Assembly (NCBI GenBank): GCA_030141605.1
Contig: JAQGDQ010000995.1
Coordinates: 7,690 to 71,689 of the forward strand
DNA length: 64,000 nt
Source of the DNA: Tubiluchus corallicola
Lineage: Eukaryota > Animalia > Priapulida
Reading direction: 5' to 3'
Shown: one piece after another, positions 1 through 13,585 of the stretch
Numbering within the stretch: position 1 is the stretch's first letter
Layout of the letters: each line of letters opens with the position of its first letter
Notes under the pieces: model-generated
Told to the model about the DNA's origin: nothing
The model's database searches: none
What the model saw: the letters and a program-made list of their open reading frames with translations, nothing else
Translations under genes and position numbers: made by a program

Positions 1-108
1 GGTAGTGTGGCGGGTGTTGTCAGCTATAAACTGTTGCTAAGTGTTTCATTTTACTGTTCTTCTTTCTTTTTTTTATAATTTTCTTTAGTTAATTATGAAT
101 CCTCGCTG

Positions 109-620
109 TCATAGACATGACACTAAGTAAGCAAATTTGTGCACATATGGAATGTCACGACTATGTACTGTGGCTATGAATTGGTCATAAAATGACATCC
201 ACTGGATGTAGTCATCAGTATCAAGTGACAGTCGGAGTTTAGAAAAATCATGCATGCAGGCGTCCCTATGTAGGTGAAAGCGAAATTTACACATTATCAT
301 TAGAGTCAAGACAAGAAAGCAAACGTTTTGCCTGGAAAGAGACATTAGAAGCAGTCTCGCTGCATTTTTCGTATTAGCTAGTTTCAGCGGCCACAGCTTC
401 AGGCTCAGTAAGGGTATTCAGGTACTCTTCAGGTATTCATGAAATGTCGAGCTTCCCCAGCCTTATGTGATGTATAATTTGAGCAAACTCATCTTCCTCA
501 GCCTTCGCTTTAGGCTTAGAAAATTCAGCGTAAATGTCCTCAGTTCGGTTAGCCATTTGATAAGCTTGGTATGTAAAGCAGTAGCACAGCTTGGAAATCT
601 TTTGGATATTCAGTCATGAT
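109..620 (-). mobile_element. Degraded BEL/Pao LTR retrotransposon gag fragment (DUF1759-like)
   Basis: ORF 109..345 contains DYIQWMSFYDQFIATVHSRDIPYVHKFAYLVSCL, matching the BEL/Pao Gag pattern W..F.D.F...VH......KF.YL.S.L; the upstream frame is broken and the extent is approximate. Confidence 0.7.
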
Positions 621-1179
621 TGTAAGAAATCAGTACAGCATCCGGCTCGAAGGATAAATGTGAAATACGTGAGGGATGACACAACTGCAAGAAATAGTTT
701 TTAACACTGCAAGTCATTGTTTGTGTGTTTATTACAACAAAGTGTAGTACGTTCACATCATAAAATTCATTAACGGTTACAGTGCACTAAGAAACAGAAA
801 TTAAATCAAGAATATGTGGATTTAATGAAGATACTCCAGAAAAGCCACAGAAAAAGCTGAACAACAAAATTGCAAAGTCGGTATACATCGGGATTTGTGC
901 GCATAAAATAAGGAATAAAAACGGAATAAGTGCGTGAAAAAATGAAATCAAACTAAAAGGAAATGGAACAGATAAGCGAATACGTGAAATTGATAAGCTA
1001 ACTGTGCGACTGTGAGCTACTTTTTTGTATGAAAAGCGTAAACTTACTTCATTCAGAAATTCAGTCAGCAGCTGCAGTGACGAATGCAGCTACAATAGCC
1101 ATGTGCGAATAGTATGGTCACAGGAAACGAACAGTAATACTATGTGAATGCACATTTATAGTGCATTAATCCTTGAGAT

Positions 1180-4100
1180 ATGGAAAACCAGACAACAGCG
1201 TTTCATCAGATAGCCAAAAATAGATTCTTGATCATATTCGGTTGTTTGGCATTCACAGCAATCGGAGTTTGGAAGTATCAAACTGTGGTCCATGCTGGCT
1301 TCAGCTGTAGACTCTCCTTGCGAGATTCCTACGTACCCGTAGAAGAACCAGTTGCAGACGAGCAGAAACGTGTTGCTCACAGCACAAATGGAAAAGTTAA
1401 AGATGAGACTGCAATCAAGCGGAATGGACTTTTTAAAAAGTTCAATATTGTGGCAACAAGTAAGTGGATTTGGCAAATAAGTATACAAGTGCAGAAGAAA
1501 GTTGCTACGGACATTTTTGCATAAATATATTTATTTATATATACAGAGCTGTCAATAAAGCAAAAAGCTGCAAGGTTCTTCTCTATAAGTATTTGAAAAA
1601 TTAAAAAAAATACTCACTTGTACTTGTACTTCAGCTGACAGCAAAGAGCCATCGGTGGATCAATTTAAACATAAGTTTGAAAATTTGTTAAATCCTGCAA
1701 ATAGCGTTTCTGTTGCTGGAGCACCTTATATGCCTGTTTTAGACTCTAGTATATCTGTTAATTAATGCATTGATGCCTTAAATGGATGTAAACCAAATGG
1801 CATGAACCCCCTGTCCCAAGCGACCTAAAGCTGTTTCCCTGCAGTAACGCAGCACGATGGCATGAACCCCCTGTCCCAAGCGACCCAAGGCTGTGTCCCT
1901 GAAGTAACACAGCATGATGGCATGGACCCCCTGTCCCACGCGACCTAAGGCTGTGTCCCTGAAGTAACACAGCATGATGGCATGGACCCCCTGTCCCACG
2001 CGACCTAAGGCTGTGTCCCTGAAGTAACACAGCATGATGGCATGGACCCCCTGTCCCACGCGACCTAAGGCTGTGCCCCTGCAGTAACGCAGCATGATGG
2101 CATGGACCACCTGTCCCACGTGACCTAAGGCTGTGTCCCAGCAGTAACGCAGCATGATGGCATGGACCACCTGTCCCAAGCGACCTAAAGCTGTGTCCCT
2201 GCAGTAACGCAGTATGATGACATGGACCCCCTGTCCCACGCGACCTAAGGCTGTGTCCCTGCAGTAATGCAGCATGACATGGATCCCCGGTCCCACGCGA
2301 CCTAAGGCTGTGTCCCAGCAGTAACACAGCACAATGGCATGGACCCCCTGTCCCAAGCGACCTATAGCTGTTTCCCTGCAGTAACGCAGCACGGTGGCAT
2401 GAACCCCCTGTCCCACACGACTTAAGGCTGTGTCCCTGCAGTAATGCAGCACGATGGCATGAACCCCCTGTCCCAAGCGACCTAAAGCTGTTTCCCTGCA
2501 GTAACGCAGTATGATGACATGGACCCCCTGTCCGACGCGACCTAAGGCTGTGTCCCTGCAGTAATGCAGCATGGCATGGACCCCCGGTCCCACGCGACCT
2601 AAGACTGTGTCCCTGCAGCAACGCAGTGCAAGATGAAGAACACGGCGTTACTGTTTGTGAATTAACAAAAGCCGTGAGAGAAAAATGCAATCAAAATTTA
2701 AGTAATGCTTTCAATTTTTGTAATATCAACCCTTTAACCTGCAGAAAATTTCTAAGCGATATTTTAAGTTATTTACGTAAGTGACAGTTAAGTTAACTAA
2801 AATGTTATCACTAAATTGCTATCTGCTTATTAATATCATTTTGGATGTTATAATGTTAAAATTTTTTACTGCCATTGCTGTGTACTTTGCACTATACTTT
2901 AGCAAAATTTGTTAACTAATATTTGTGTCGTTTGTAACATTGTGTCGTTTGTAACATGGCGCATTACACGTATCGTTAGTGTAACTGTGTACATGTCATT
3001 TTGTTGGTGTTATGGTTGGCATCCTTCTGTCTCGGGAGGGGGCGCCAAGAGAGTCAGTTATTGATTACATTGATGGAGCTGCAGCGTCGACTGTGGCTGA
3101 GCAGTCCGATCCTTGAACCACAGGAGTGACGCCTCCAGGTCACATGCCTGGGCAAGGAGATCCTGAGTTGCCCAGACAACATGAACAGAGTGAGCATGCT
3201 CCTCTGCCTAATGTCGAGATACAATGTGGGCATCCCGCAAGCCTACAGCACGTGGTATTCCTAGGTAGTCACCCATCCAAGTACTAACCAGGCTCTACGT
3301 TGCTTAACTTCGGCGATCAGACGAGAACCGGTGTTTTTAACGTGATTTGGCCGTAGTTGGTGGTAATGACAATAAAAATACTACTACTATTGTACGAGTA
3401 CATAAAAGTCCCTCATGCCATTTCTCAGCCGAACTCTCGAAATTTAATTCTCTCTCTCTCTCCTGTTTGTTTTCTCTTCTTGTCTTTCGTACAAAAGCTT
3501 TACACATCAACTTCAAACTACAGAAAATACTAAGAATCGTATTAATTGCGCCCTCTAGATGAGGAGGAGAATAAACTGTAGGGTCCTAAGTTCAAGCCCC
3601 TTTCCCGCTACCATAATTGCAGCATCTTGTAAATCGAATTGTACAAAATGCAAAAACCTACACAAATATTCACAGCTGAAAAACAATAATTCCTGTGCTG
3701 TTATTATAGGGCGTACAGTTTTACTTAGCTGTAGTAAGAGGATGCTCCGTCCACGTTAATAATACGAAAATGTGTTGCTATTAAGCTTAAGGGCAACTCC
3801 TTTTGTAAACTTAGTTTATCTCTTTTTTTCTTTGCACTATAGATTTATAGTTGCATTGTGAATTTTGACAGCACTCGAATTCCTTACATATGCTTGAAGT
3901 CTTTATATTTTGTTTGCAAAAACTCAGTCTGTAAGACTGAATTACCTGCCTTTGTTATTATTCTCCTTTATCATTTTGCTGGAATGGAAAACAGGCAGAA
4001 CAAGAAAAAAATACAAAATTATAATTCATGTTTTGTTGTTAGTAGTATACCGTGTCAAAATTTGCTTAGCTAAGACGATACTGCGCCCATGTTTGAAGTT

Positions 4101-7100
4101 GACCTTGTGACCTTTTACGTATGTTTCAGACAACTTCCTGGGCTGTTGTTCTAGCTTGAGTGGTTTCAGCTACAAAAACACAATCTGGCTGTCGCCGGAC
4201 AAAACAACAGCTGCAGAATGTATCAGAATATGTCGAGAAAGGTATAGCATAATTATAGCAAGAACATTTACGACAGCTAAGTTTCAGCATAACTGATTTT
4301 GTGACCGGTAAGTACCATAGGCATGTTGGTGAGCGGTAATAAAATCGCAGTTTTGGCTAGGAAGAAAGTCGGGTAACCAAACAAGAATATTCAAGTTAGT
4401 AACAATTTATTTAAGAACTGTGAGAAATTGTAAATCAGTTATGGTCTGGCCTTGTATGATTTGTACTACTTACAATACATATTTATATATGACGGCATTA
4501 CATGTATGTGAACGAAATCACATTTTGTTCGATATCTTAGGGTTAGGCTTACTGGCTGGGGTTAGGATTAGAGTTAGGGACATGTTTATTTCAGTGATCT
4601 TTATCTGTGACTTTTTAACTGCTACTTTTTCCTGTAATTTTTTTTTTGTTTTTTGTTTATCTCAAGACGCAAGAGTCTCATGCGGACGGAAATTTTCTGA
4701 ATCCTTGTGGGTCAGTGAAGTTACCTGTATGAGACTGAATGGTCTACAATGTTTCCCCTTTTATGATGTGTTTCTGATCCATATTAAATATTATTAAAAT
4801 CTGGAACAAAATTACTGCCCGTTTTGAGAAGCTTTAACTGAAAAAGGAAGGTGAATTCACTCTCAGTCACGTCTTTGTGGCTCACTAGTACAAGGAATGC
4901 TTTGAAAACGGACTACTTTTTTATAAATTTTTTGCTGCTATGCTTGTAGTATAGCAAACCCAGAATAACAGTAGATGAAATACAATGAGAGCCCGACATG
5001 GCCATCTGCACCTTGTTGGATTGATATTAACCTAGTATGGTGCTATAAATGTGAAGGTGCCTACTGATCATTTATATTCAATTAGTTTAAATGAAAAGAA
5101 ATGCGAATTTTAAAGTGTATTCCAAAAAAACTTTTCATACAAAGGTATGTAGGTTGTTATTAAGCTTACCTGTTTGAATGATTTATGTGGGCCTAATTGG
5201 AAGTGAACGTTCTTAATAATTTGAAATATTCTCTGCAGCTGATAAAAGGTCTCTGTGTTACTATCCCAGTGTGCACTATTGGTTGTGTCACGCTATTTAT
5301 TTTTTTTACAATACAAGATAATTTATACAAATGCTTAGGCTATTTTTTCAAACTTTAAAACTTTTATTATAAACTTGTTTTCAATGACTTGCTGTTACCG
5401 GAATTTAAACTTACAAGTTTCACTTCTAAACGCAAGAGTATGTAATAAGACAGCATGTGTGTTTCAAAATTTCAAGACGATTTTTCAAGCTCAATTTGCC
5501 AAGAGAGCTTTCTTGTTTCAAACCGGGGAAAGCTTGCTTGGAAAACCGGCTAATAATTTTAGCTCTTCTAAAGAACTGGTTAAACTTTGGCAGCTGTGCC
5601 AGTGTTGTCAAAGATTGACACGTTTCAGTTAAAGAGAACATTTCTAAACAAAGACCTATTGTCTGTATTGACGATTTTGCATGCCACCATGTCTAGCTGT
5701 AACGACCAGCTTAGCATATATCTATGGATATGTAACTAGATTTAGTTGTTACTATCCCCATTTAACTTTGTGGAATGAGATGTGTTTTTTGGCAATGCAA
5801 ACTACGTAATTTAATTTGGGCTGTATAAAGTTGTTGTTTGTAGTTGTTCAATGTATAAACCAGGTGTTACACTTTAGTTATGGGCATAGGTCAAAACTAG
5901 GGTAAACTCGACGAACGGATATGTAAATACAGGTTCTCCTGCTATAGTGTTATTATCACCCCCTCTTTTTGTACAGAGTGATCTTGATTAAAATAATTAA
6001 TCGAATTAATAATGATGATGATTCGCACACCGATTGCTTCAAGGTAACTTATTAAGCCGTTATATCAATTACTCGACTCCGAGGACTTTGCTTCATTCGA
6101 TAAGGCAATGATCTGTCCTACACAACAATGACCTCGAACTTGCGTTGTGAGTCAGATCTTTATCCCTCAAGTTTACAAGCTTAGCTCCCGCAATGAACTG
6201 TACACTGCGAATCACTTCAGGTTCGAATCAAGGATATAGTGTTGCGATTATGAGTCACCAGTAAAGCATTAAACATTAACAAAACTCAATGGTTAAGTTA
6301 ACTCAGTGAATAGGTTTTATTGTACTTACAGGTTACAAGTTACTCTACTTTGGTATCAATACAGGATTTGACCTTATACGCCGGTGGGTGTTTACAAATA
6401 ATGTCTAATTCCAAAGAGATACTATCCACTTAACTGATCTTCTATATCGTTATGATGCACTGAAGGTGCTTAAGTCATACAAATACGTTACGGTTACAAA
6501 CTGTAATCAGATACAAGTTACAAATAAATAAGTAAGTTCACTTAACTGGCGGATTGGCCAATGTACAACTGCTATTGGCCAAATCCCTGTTCCTAAACGA
6601 GACTTCGCAGCACCAGTGCTCAGACTTTGCTAAGTATGCAGTTGATTCACCACGCTGGGCTAACGATACTTCTGACGTCTTGCAGAATATGCCTCGGACA
6701 CAACAACAATATAGGGGCAACCACTGTCACTCTCTCCTCCTCGTCGTGTCTGTGACTCTCCCTCGTTGTGTGTGGGTCTCTCTCCCTCGTTGTGTGTGTG
6801 GCTTGAACTTTTTCCAAGCTTATAAAGCAAAAGCCTTATTGCGCATTGACCTCGGATGATTGCACCATCTCGGCCAATCTTACCTCCTAGACAGTGGATA
6901 ATACTTTCGATTGCTAACTTTATGATCAATAATTGCTGCTACTGGATTTTGCAGCTTTTGATTTCTTTCTCGGCACGCGACAAACGGTCACTACTGACCT
7001 TATTTCTTTTGTTTTCTAATTGGCAAACGGCATCCCTTTGAATTCTGCACCTGTCAGTTTCACTACATTGCGACAATTCCGCTTATTAAATCTAAATCTT

Positions 7101-10100
7101 GATCTTAACTTGCGACTTCTCGGTTTGTCGGTTTCGCTTCTCTAACTCATTAAATTCAAGCTACAAGCTGGGTGAGTCCCTTATAATCAAATTATATGAA
7201 TTTCCATATCAAAATCAGGGAGGAGCGAGTTTATCATCTTAATCTGATTCATCTGATAAACCCAATTAATATACACTGAAATTCATATTCCAAAATTTAT
7301 TCATAACATTATTGAAGCCAGACTATTAGACAACCGGCTTTAGAGGTTTTTCACACAGATGTGTGGAGAACGACTTGGCTCATGGCAAGAGAGACTTGCA
7401 GGCAGATATAATGCTGGACAGTTTTTTTTAACACATGTTTTGCCTCTTTGCTCATAAATCGTGCAACTTTAGCTGGCTCTATCTAACACTAATGTCTAGT
7501 GAAAGTTCCAGCTACGTGTTAGTGACTATTTGGGCAGTTCTAGTATTAAGCCCAGTTCACAATTTGTTTACATGGAGTTACATTGTGACATCTGACGTGA
7601 AAAACCAAACTACCGGTCTACCAACGCAGGACGCTTCCGGGAATGACTCCCATCTGCTTATGACTTCGCAGTTCAGCTACGCTCTAAACACCCGGGTGTT
7701 GCACACCGATGTTGTGGATCCGCCACCTTTGTTGTCGTGCTACCGCCGATAAGTATTGCTGACGTATACTTTCATTGATGCTGAGACTGTAAGTGATAAA
7801 TTCTCGTTTCTTTTGTTTAACTACTAGGCCACCGCCTGTTGCTTCCTTTTGTACAACGATACTGACTTCGACTGGCAGTGCCTGGTAAAACAAAGACACA
7901 GTTGAAAGTGATACATTACAACCTCGTGTGGATGGAGCTTTACTTTATCGACTTACTATTAACAAACGGTGGTGAACTATTAGATTATTTTTTTTAGCCA
8001 AAGGTAATTTTTGGGTATTGTTTGTAGCATCTGAAAGTATTTCCAGCCTGTAAATTTTGAGTTGTGTAGCAACACATGTTTATTGAACTGGTACCTGGGT
8101 ACAAATTAACTGCTGGCAGTTGGTTTGAACTAATTTTATATTATCAACATTTATGAATATTAAAGTATTATCGTTTCATAAAAACTGCATAAAATTAGTT
8201 TCACGTTTTGTGTTCAAGTAATATGCTGAGTAAAAACTGAGTAGTATGACACACACTACCAAACAGTAAGAGCGCTGATTGCTCATACTTGATTGTGAGA
8301 TCCGCCCCACATTACACTAGCAGCAATGTGGTATTTAGCTTTGAACATAATGGTAAATAATGTTTTAACCAGCTATAACACCGGTAAATATTTTAGGCCA
8401 AGGGGCTTCCCATAATTTGTAAAGTAGTGTTTTTAATGAGAGAATTATTATCACGTTGAGTAATGCAACATGATTATGCAAAAACTACTTCAACAAGTTC
8501 CAGAAACATTGCGATAGTTGGGGCAAAGAACAGGGCTTTTAGTTTTGGTGTATTTTCGGGATGTCTGCGTTAAACGGAAAGGAAGGTTGGTAAGAATCCA
8601 AATTGATCATTTTTCGCCCATTTTCCACAAAACACCTAACATCGTATGAAATAAATTCCGACTTTGAGGGAGGTCTGTGTCTTTTTGGAAAGAGAAGGAA
8701 TTGGGCCGCAAGTTCTTTTTTAATCAGCTCCAGCAGGCTGAATAGTTACTACGAGTTGTTACTATCTGATTGTATTTCGGGGGAATGTACTGTATTCAAA
8801 AACACATAGGGACAATTACTGGTAATCTAAGTCTGTACAATTCAGCATAATGTTTAGTAAAGAATACTCTACAAGCATTGGCACTGATCTGCACTCTCCT
8901 GGTGCCCTTTATGTTGATCAAGTTTATAATGTTTATTGAACCTTTCTTTTAGCTCTACATTCCTCTTTTGTATTTCTTTGTTTTATATAATTCAGAGTAA
9001 CTGTTGTGTTATGGAATTGTTTATTTTTCACGAAAAGTTTAAACCACCAGAATTGCAGCCATTCAGGCTTACGTACTGAAATAATTTGCGCACACATTTT
9101 ATGATTCAGCATTTTTTTACAGAGGCGATACTTACATTGCGGTTAGTGAATTGGACCACAGATGTCTTTGTGCAGAAGAGGACAACCTCGCTTCCACAAA
9201 TTGCAGTCTAGATGCATGTAACCACGATTACAAAGCTGTGCTGTATAAGTTACTAACGTCTGGAGTTAGAGTAAATGGTAGGTGAACTAAACAATAATAT
9301 CACTTGTAAATGATTTTAGGGATTTCCTACAGCAATTGTTTTAGCAGAAGAGAAAATCTATGAACTTTCCAATGTCCTCGCAATGCAATGCGCTCCAAAC
9401 AACGTCAATGGCATCTCAAGGTAAGAGGCTAAATTTAAATGATGAAAATATGAATATTATCCAAACACAATTCATTTATGGATGCCGAAGAGCAAGTATG
9501 GCAAACAAATTCTTGGCATTTAGTGACGAGAGGTCCTGAGATCCTTTATAGAAATAGCAGAAAAGCCTTTGTGCGTGACGGAGTGCAGACTTACTTGAAA
9601 ATTGAACTCATTCTGAAAAACGATGTACTTTTGCGATTTGTCAAGCAAGTTAAAGTAATAACATAAGTCATCATCTGCTTTATTCTGTACAAGGTCGAAC
9701 AGTCAATCTGCAAAGACAGAATTACTACAGTTGTTGTATAATTGCGAGGGCGATAAGGGGTAAATGACGCCACTAACATAGCCTTTAGATAGTTGGAGGT
9801 TTTGTCAAAAGCAGACCGGAGGCGGAGAGGGGGAATTGTTGAGACATCAGTGCAATGGCTGAAATATTAAGTGCCGTTTTGCACAATAGTAGCTCATTGA
9901 TGTGATCGATTTTGCTTGAGCAATAATTTATTGGTGCATTAGTAATCGTTCAGAAAAAAATGCGAAGTTAATAAAAAGCAGTAAAATTTCTAACGGCAGC
10001 ATTCAAATATTCAGTAAACTAGTAGTAGTTACAGTAAACTGTTTCGTCGAACAATGTTTCAGATACACGATGTGGGAAAGTAAGAATAGATCCTCAAGGA

Positions 10101-12208
10101 ACACATCCTATAACTGGATTAGTGAGCTTTCCCGGTTCTGGAAATACCTGGATTCGCTATCTTATTGAGCTCTCTACTGGAGTACATACCGGAAGTGTAT
10201 ATCAGGACAAATCTCTTTTTGACGGAGGTAAAAAAGAAACTTATGGTGGTAATTATGAGTTTTAACAACAATCAGTTCAGCTGGCCAGCTATCCCTGAAA
10301 TTACTTATACTGTTTGAGTGTTTCGCTGGCTACTTGGCTGCTTGGCTGCTTGGTTGTCTGGTTAACTCTCTGAGGCAGGGCCTATTTCAGGGGGGGGGGG
10401 AAGTGGGGATACTTCCCCAGCCCTCACCCTCCAGGGGGCCTCGCGCCGTGGTAATTTTTTGCTTTATGCGAATATTCAATTGTTTCTTCCTTTAACAACA
10501 GCATAACTCCATATTTTCTCTTCGAAAATGCATTCTAGCAGTTCAAAAATTTTCACACCTCACACGCCCCACTGAGAGCCTAACTGACTGACTGAGGGTG
10601 ATTAAGTAAGTGCATGTTTGGCAGATGGGCACACACTCAGTAGTTTTGTTATCTCTTTATCTGATTGGCTTATTGGAAGATTGGGAGCTATCCTATTGCT
10701 AGATCGATTGCTACTAGATTGATTGCTTGACCAATTTTTTACCAATTGGCTAACTTACGTATTGACCAACTGTCGACCAATAGACTCAGCACTTTATAGT
10801 TAATCTTAACTCTCATTTCAGGGTTCTTGGGAGAATTTTGCGCTCCTAAAAGCGGCCAGACCATCGCAGTAAAATCTCATAGATATGAAAAGAGATCTAT
10901 AGAAATATACAATTCCACGATACTCCTCATCAGGAATCCTTTTAAAGCCACCATTGCCGACTGGAAGCGCCTCAGAACTAAAAGTCACACAGCCGATCTT
11001 TCACCCGAAGAGTTTAAAAATGGCGGTAAGCATAAATTTTTTTTAGAAATGAGAAGTTATTACACCACACTAATACATAAACAAAAGGAGTAAATATCAA
11101 TAAATACAGTTCCACTTATTCACCAGACACACATACCAATAGGTGCTGCAAGCATTTCAATTCAAAGCAGTTCTTCATTTCAAAGCACTACTGTTTTTTA
11201 CATTTGGCGCAGAGTAAACTATGACTAAAAACAAACAAAGGTAAAAATGTCCATCGTTACGTTTCACAGTCTGTGGTTTGTCACAAGCTCGAAAAGTTCA
11301 TAAAATAACAATATAAATCTGGCAATGAATTTGGGCTGCAAGTTAATGACATCTAACGGAAGTACAGATATGATTAGCAAAATACAAATTTCACAGAATT
11401 AAGCAAGTGATTAATGGTAGCCTGTTTTAAATGAGTTAAGCTTTAACTAAGACCTCTATAATAAGAATGAACACCTTAGCCGAAGACGCAAACCCTCTGA
11501 AAGCATTTTTAACTGCAAAAGCGAAAAAATATAAACACGATTCCATTCACTAATTTGTTCTTACCAGGAGTACACAAACTTGTTGGACATCTTTGATACC
11601 AACCATTTTAAATTAATTGGCAAAAATTAGCTGTTTTACCGCTACAAATTAGCTACTGCAAGTTATTGGCTAATTCACTCTGAAATGGTTTAGAATGTAT
11701 GGTCCTCTAAAGTCCAAATTAATAGAGGTATAAAAATTGATGTTAAATATAAAATTTAACTATGACAAACTATGATCATGTTTTATTTCCAGAATGGGAT
11801 GTATATGCAGCCCGGATGTTAAAACGATGGTATTTGACCTATTCTGTTTATTTGAATGTCAACAAACCTATAATGGTTGTGTATTTTGAAGACTTGATTG
11901 CAGATACACGGAGAGAAATGAAGAGAGTTTTAAACTTTCTCAAATTAAACATGAATGAACTTGGTGAAAGGCTCGATTGCACAATTGAGCATAAAGAAGG
12001 TATCTTCAAAAGAAAGTCACAAAACAGCAGCAGTACTAAACGTTTTGATCCATTTACTGAAACCATGTGCAAACAAGGGCTCGAATACATAGAAAAAATA
12101 TCTAGTCTATTGAAAAAGCACAAACTGCATTATCTTCCAGACTCGTACACAACAAACCCTGGTGTATGCATTAATCGAACCAGCACTAGGGGAAACGGAG
12201 AAGGCTAG
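1180..12208 (+). CDS. WSCD: WSC domain-containing sulfotransferase (WSCD1/2-like, sialate O-sulfotransferase family); multi-exon, WSC exons apparently damaged
   Basis: Hand-spliced GT-AG exons: 1180-1459 (type II TM anchor [16 protein letters not shown]), 4130-4307 (WSC-like [18 protein letters not shown], in-frame TGA at 4294), 9123-9277 ([15 protein letters not shown]), 10063-10227 ([32 protein letters not shown], the WSCD PAPS-binding motif), 10822-11025 ([17 protein letters not shown]), 11793-12208 (EWD..VVYFEDL..RLDC..EGIFKR). Exon phases are consistent across junctions. Linking exon 1 to the catalytic exons is an inference. Confidence 0.8.
1790..2630. repeat. 60-bp minisatellite (~14 copies, some 57-bp variants) in WSCD intron 1
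   Basis: Unit catggaccccctgtcccacgcgacctaaggctgtgtccctgcagtaacgcagcatgatgg repeats in register with the 60-base lines. Confidence 0.95.
3239..3358 (-). rRNA. 5S rRNA-derived sequence (diverged copy, pseudogene or SINE3 head)
   Basis: Reverse complement reads aactacggccaaatcacgttaaaaacaccggttctcgtctgatcgccgaagttaagcaacgtagagcctggttagtacttggatgggtgactacctaggaataccacgtgctgtaggctt, recognisably metazoan 5S with box A and box C. It carries several substitutions and has no oligo-T terminator. Confidence 0.9.
5948..7308. mobile_element. Probable solo LTR (~1.36 kb)
   Basis: Termini TGTTAT...ATAACA; a diverged homolog beginning at the same TGTTAT boundary lies at 32643. No clean target-site duplication seen. 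Confidence 0.55.
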
Positions 12209-13499
12209 CTTGTGAATCTGGAAGGGAAAAAATAAAAAAAACAGACAGACGTTGGGCTAGTCGAGAACCAGCAAAATAGGCTGTCTGGAAGATTTCTCTG
12301 TACTTGCCCTTTAATATAAGGTTGTACTTATTTAGAATTGGCTGCAAAACTTGGCTTCGATATTTGCATTTCGTAGGCCAGCCAATCATAATTGAGTACG
12401 TTATTTAGTCTAGTCTTTGGAAGCAAAGAAAAAAGTTAGAGTCAGAGTTAATAATGCCCAAAAAACAGTAAAAGCTAACAAGCGAAATGAATGCCTCTAA
12501 AATCAGGTACATTTCGCCCAGGAAAAGTACAACATTTCCCTGTGAATAATTCCAGTTTTCCCTCTACCTTTTTAGCTTTGAATTCTTTACCCAGAGAATT
12601 GTGTTCGTGAATAATTGAATCTTGTCTTTTTCAATAAATAACATCAGCAAAATAGATACCCTTAACAAAGTAATTGTTGGCACTGTATTTTTCTGCACTT
12701 ACACACACTTACATACTTTGGACTTTCCACTGTAACAAAATGATGAAAATGTACATTAATGCAGTTGGGGTAACACAGAAGCCTCGGCTGAAGTTATAAA
12801 TCATGGGTACATTACACTTTCTATATATGTATATAAACTTAAGCTGTGACCTAGGCCAAAGCAATACACTTCTTGCTCATTTTTTACATTGTTCAAGGCA
12901 GTACATTAATATTTTGCAGAAGTGCAAGTAGGAGTTGTTTTGCAAATATGTAAATTTGTAGCCAGCATGGGCCACAAGCTCCTCACATTTTTCTCAGTAA
13001 TTAGTATTTGAGTCTTAGTTGATTTGACCTTAACACGATTCGTCATGTTAGCAGTAAAAAACAAATATGAGATAAAATAATATAAAGAAAAGAAAAACAA
13101 GAGAAGACATATTCAAAACATCTATTTTTAAGCAACACTGCAAATCAGAACTGTGACTAAGCCCCTCGGTACACACCATAGAAAGCCCATACACTTTGAG
13201 GGCCCAAGTTTCCTAGAAAGATGTAATGTCTTCAGATATGTTTGGGCTAGGCTGGTTCGGTTCATTTTAGTTGCCAGCCAAATAAGTCTGATCAATTTAA
13301 TCAATAAATCAATAGACCAACAAATCAATAAAACTGGTCAAAACTACTTTGAGTATATGGAAATCCCAATGACATCAAAACAGTAAATTTAAAAACAACA
13401 TAAAATCTTATTTAATTGAATCTGCAAATGACAATTATGCTTGGTAATGTTCTTGTACTGTTATATTTTAATAATGCTGTATTCATAACAAACAGCATG

Positions 13500-13538
13500 G
13501 GGAAAACGTTCTAGCAGCGCCTGGTGAGAATATATTCT

Positions 13539-13585
<47 letters not shown>

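Noticed and set aside
1758-2690. 310-aa and 271-aa repeat ORFs
   Set aside because: Artefacts of a 60-bp minisatellite that is open in two frames inside an intron.
4294-4296. Selenocysteine call for the WSC-exon TGA
   Set aside because: No SECIS identified and nearby signs of decay make a nonsense mutation more parsimonious; kept only as an alternative in the findings.
9333-9420. Extra WSCD exon ending at a strong gtaag donor
   Set aside because: Including it breaks the phase between exons 9123-9277 and 10063; unsupported without RNA data.
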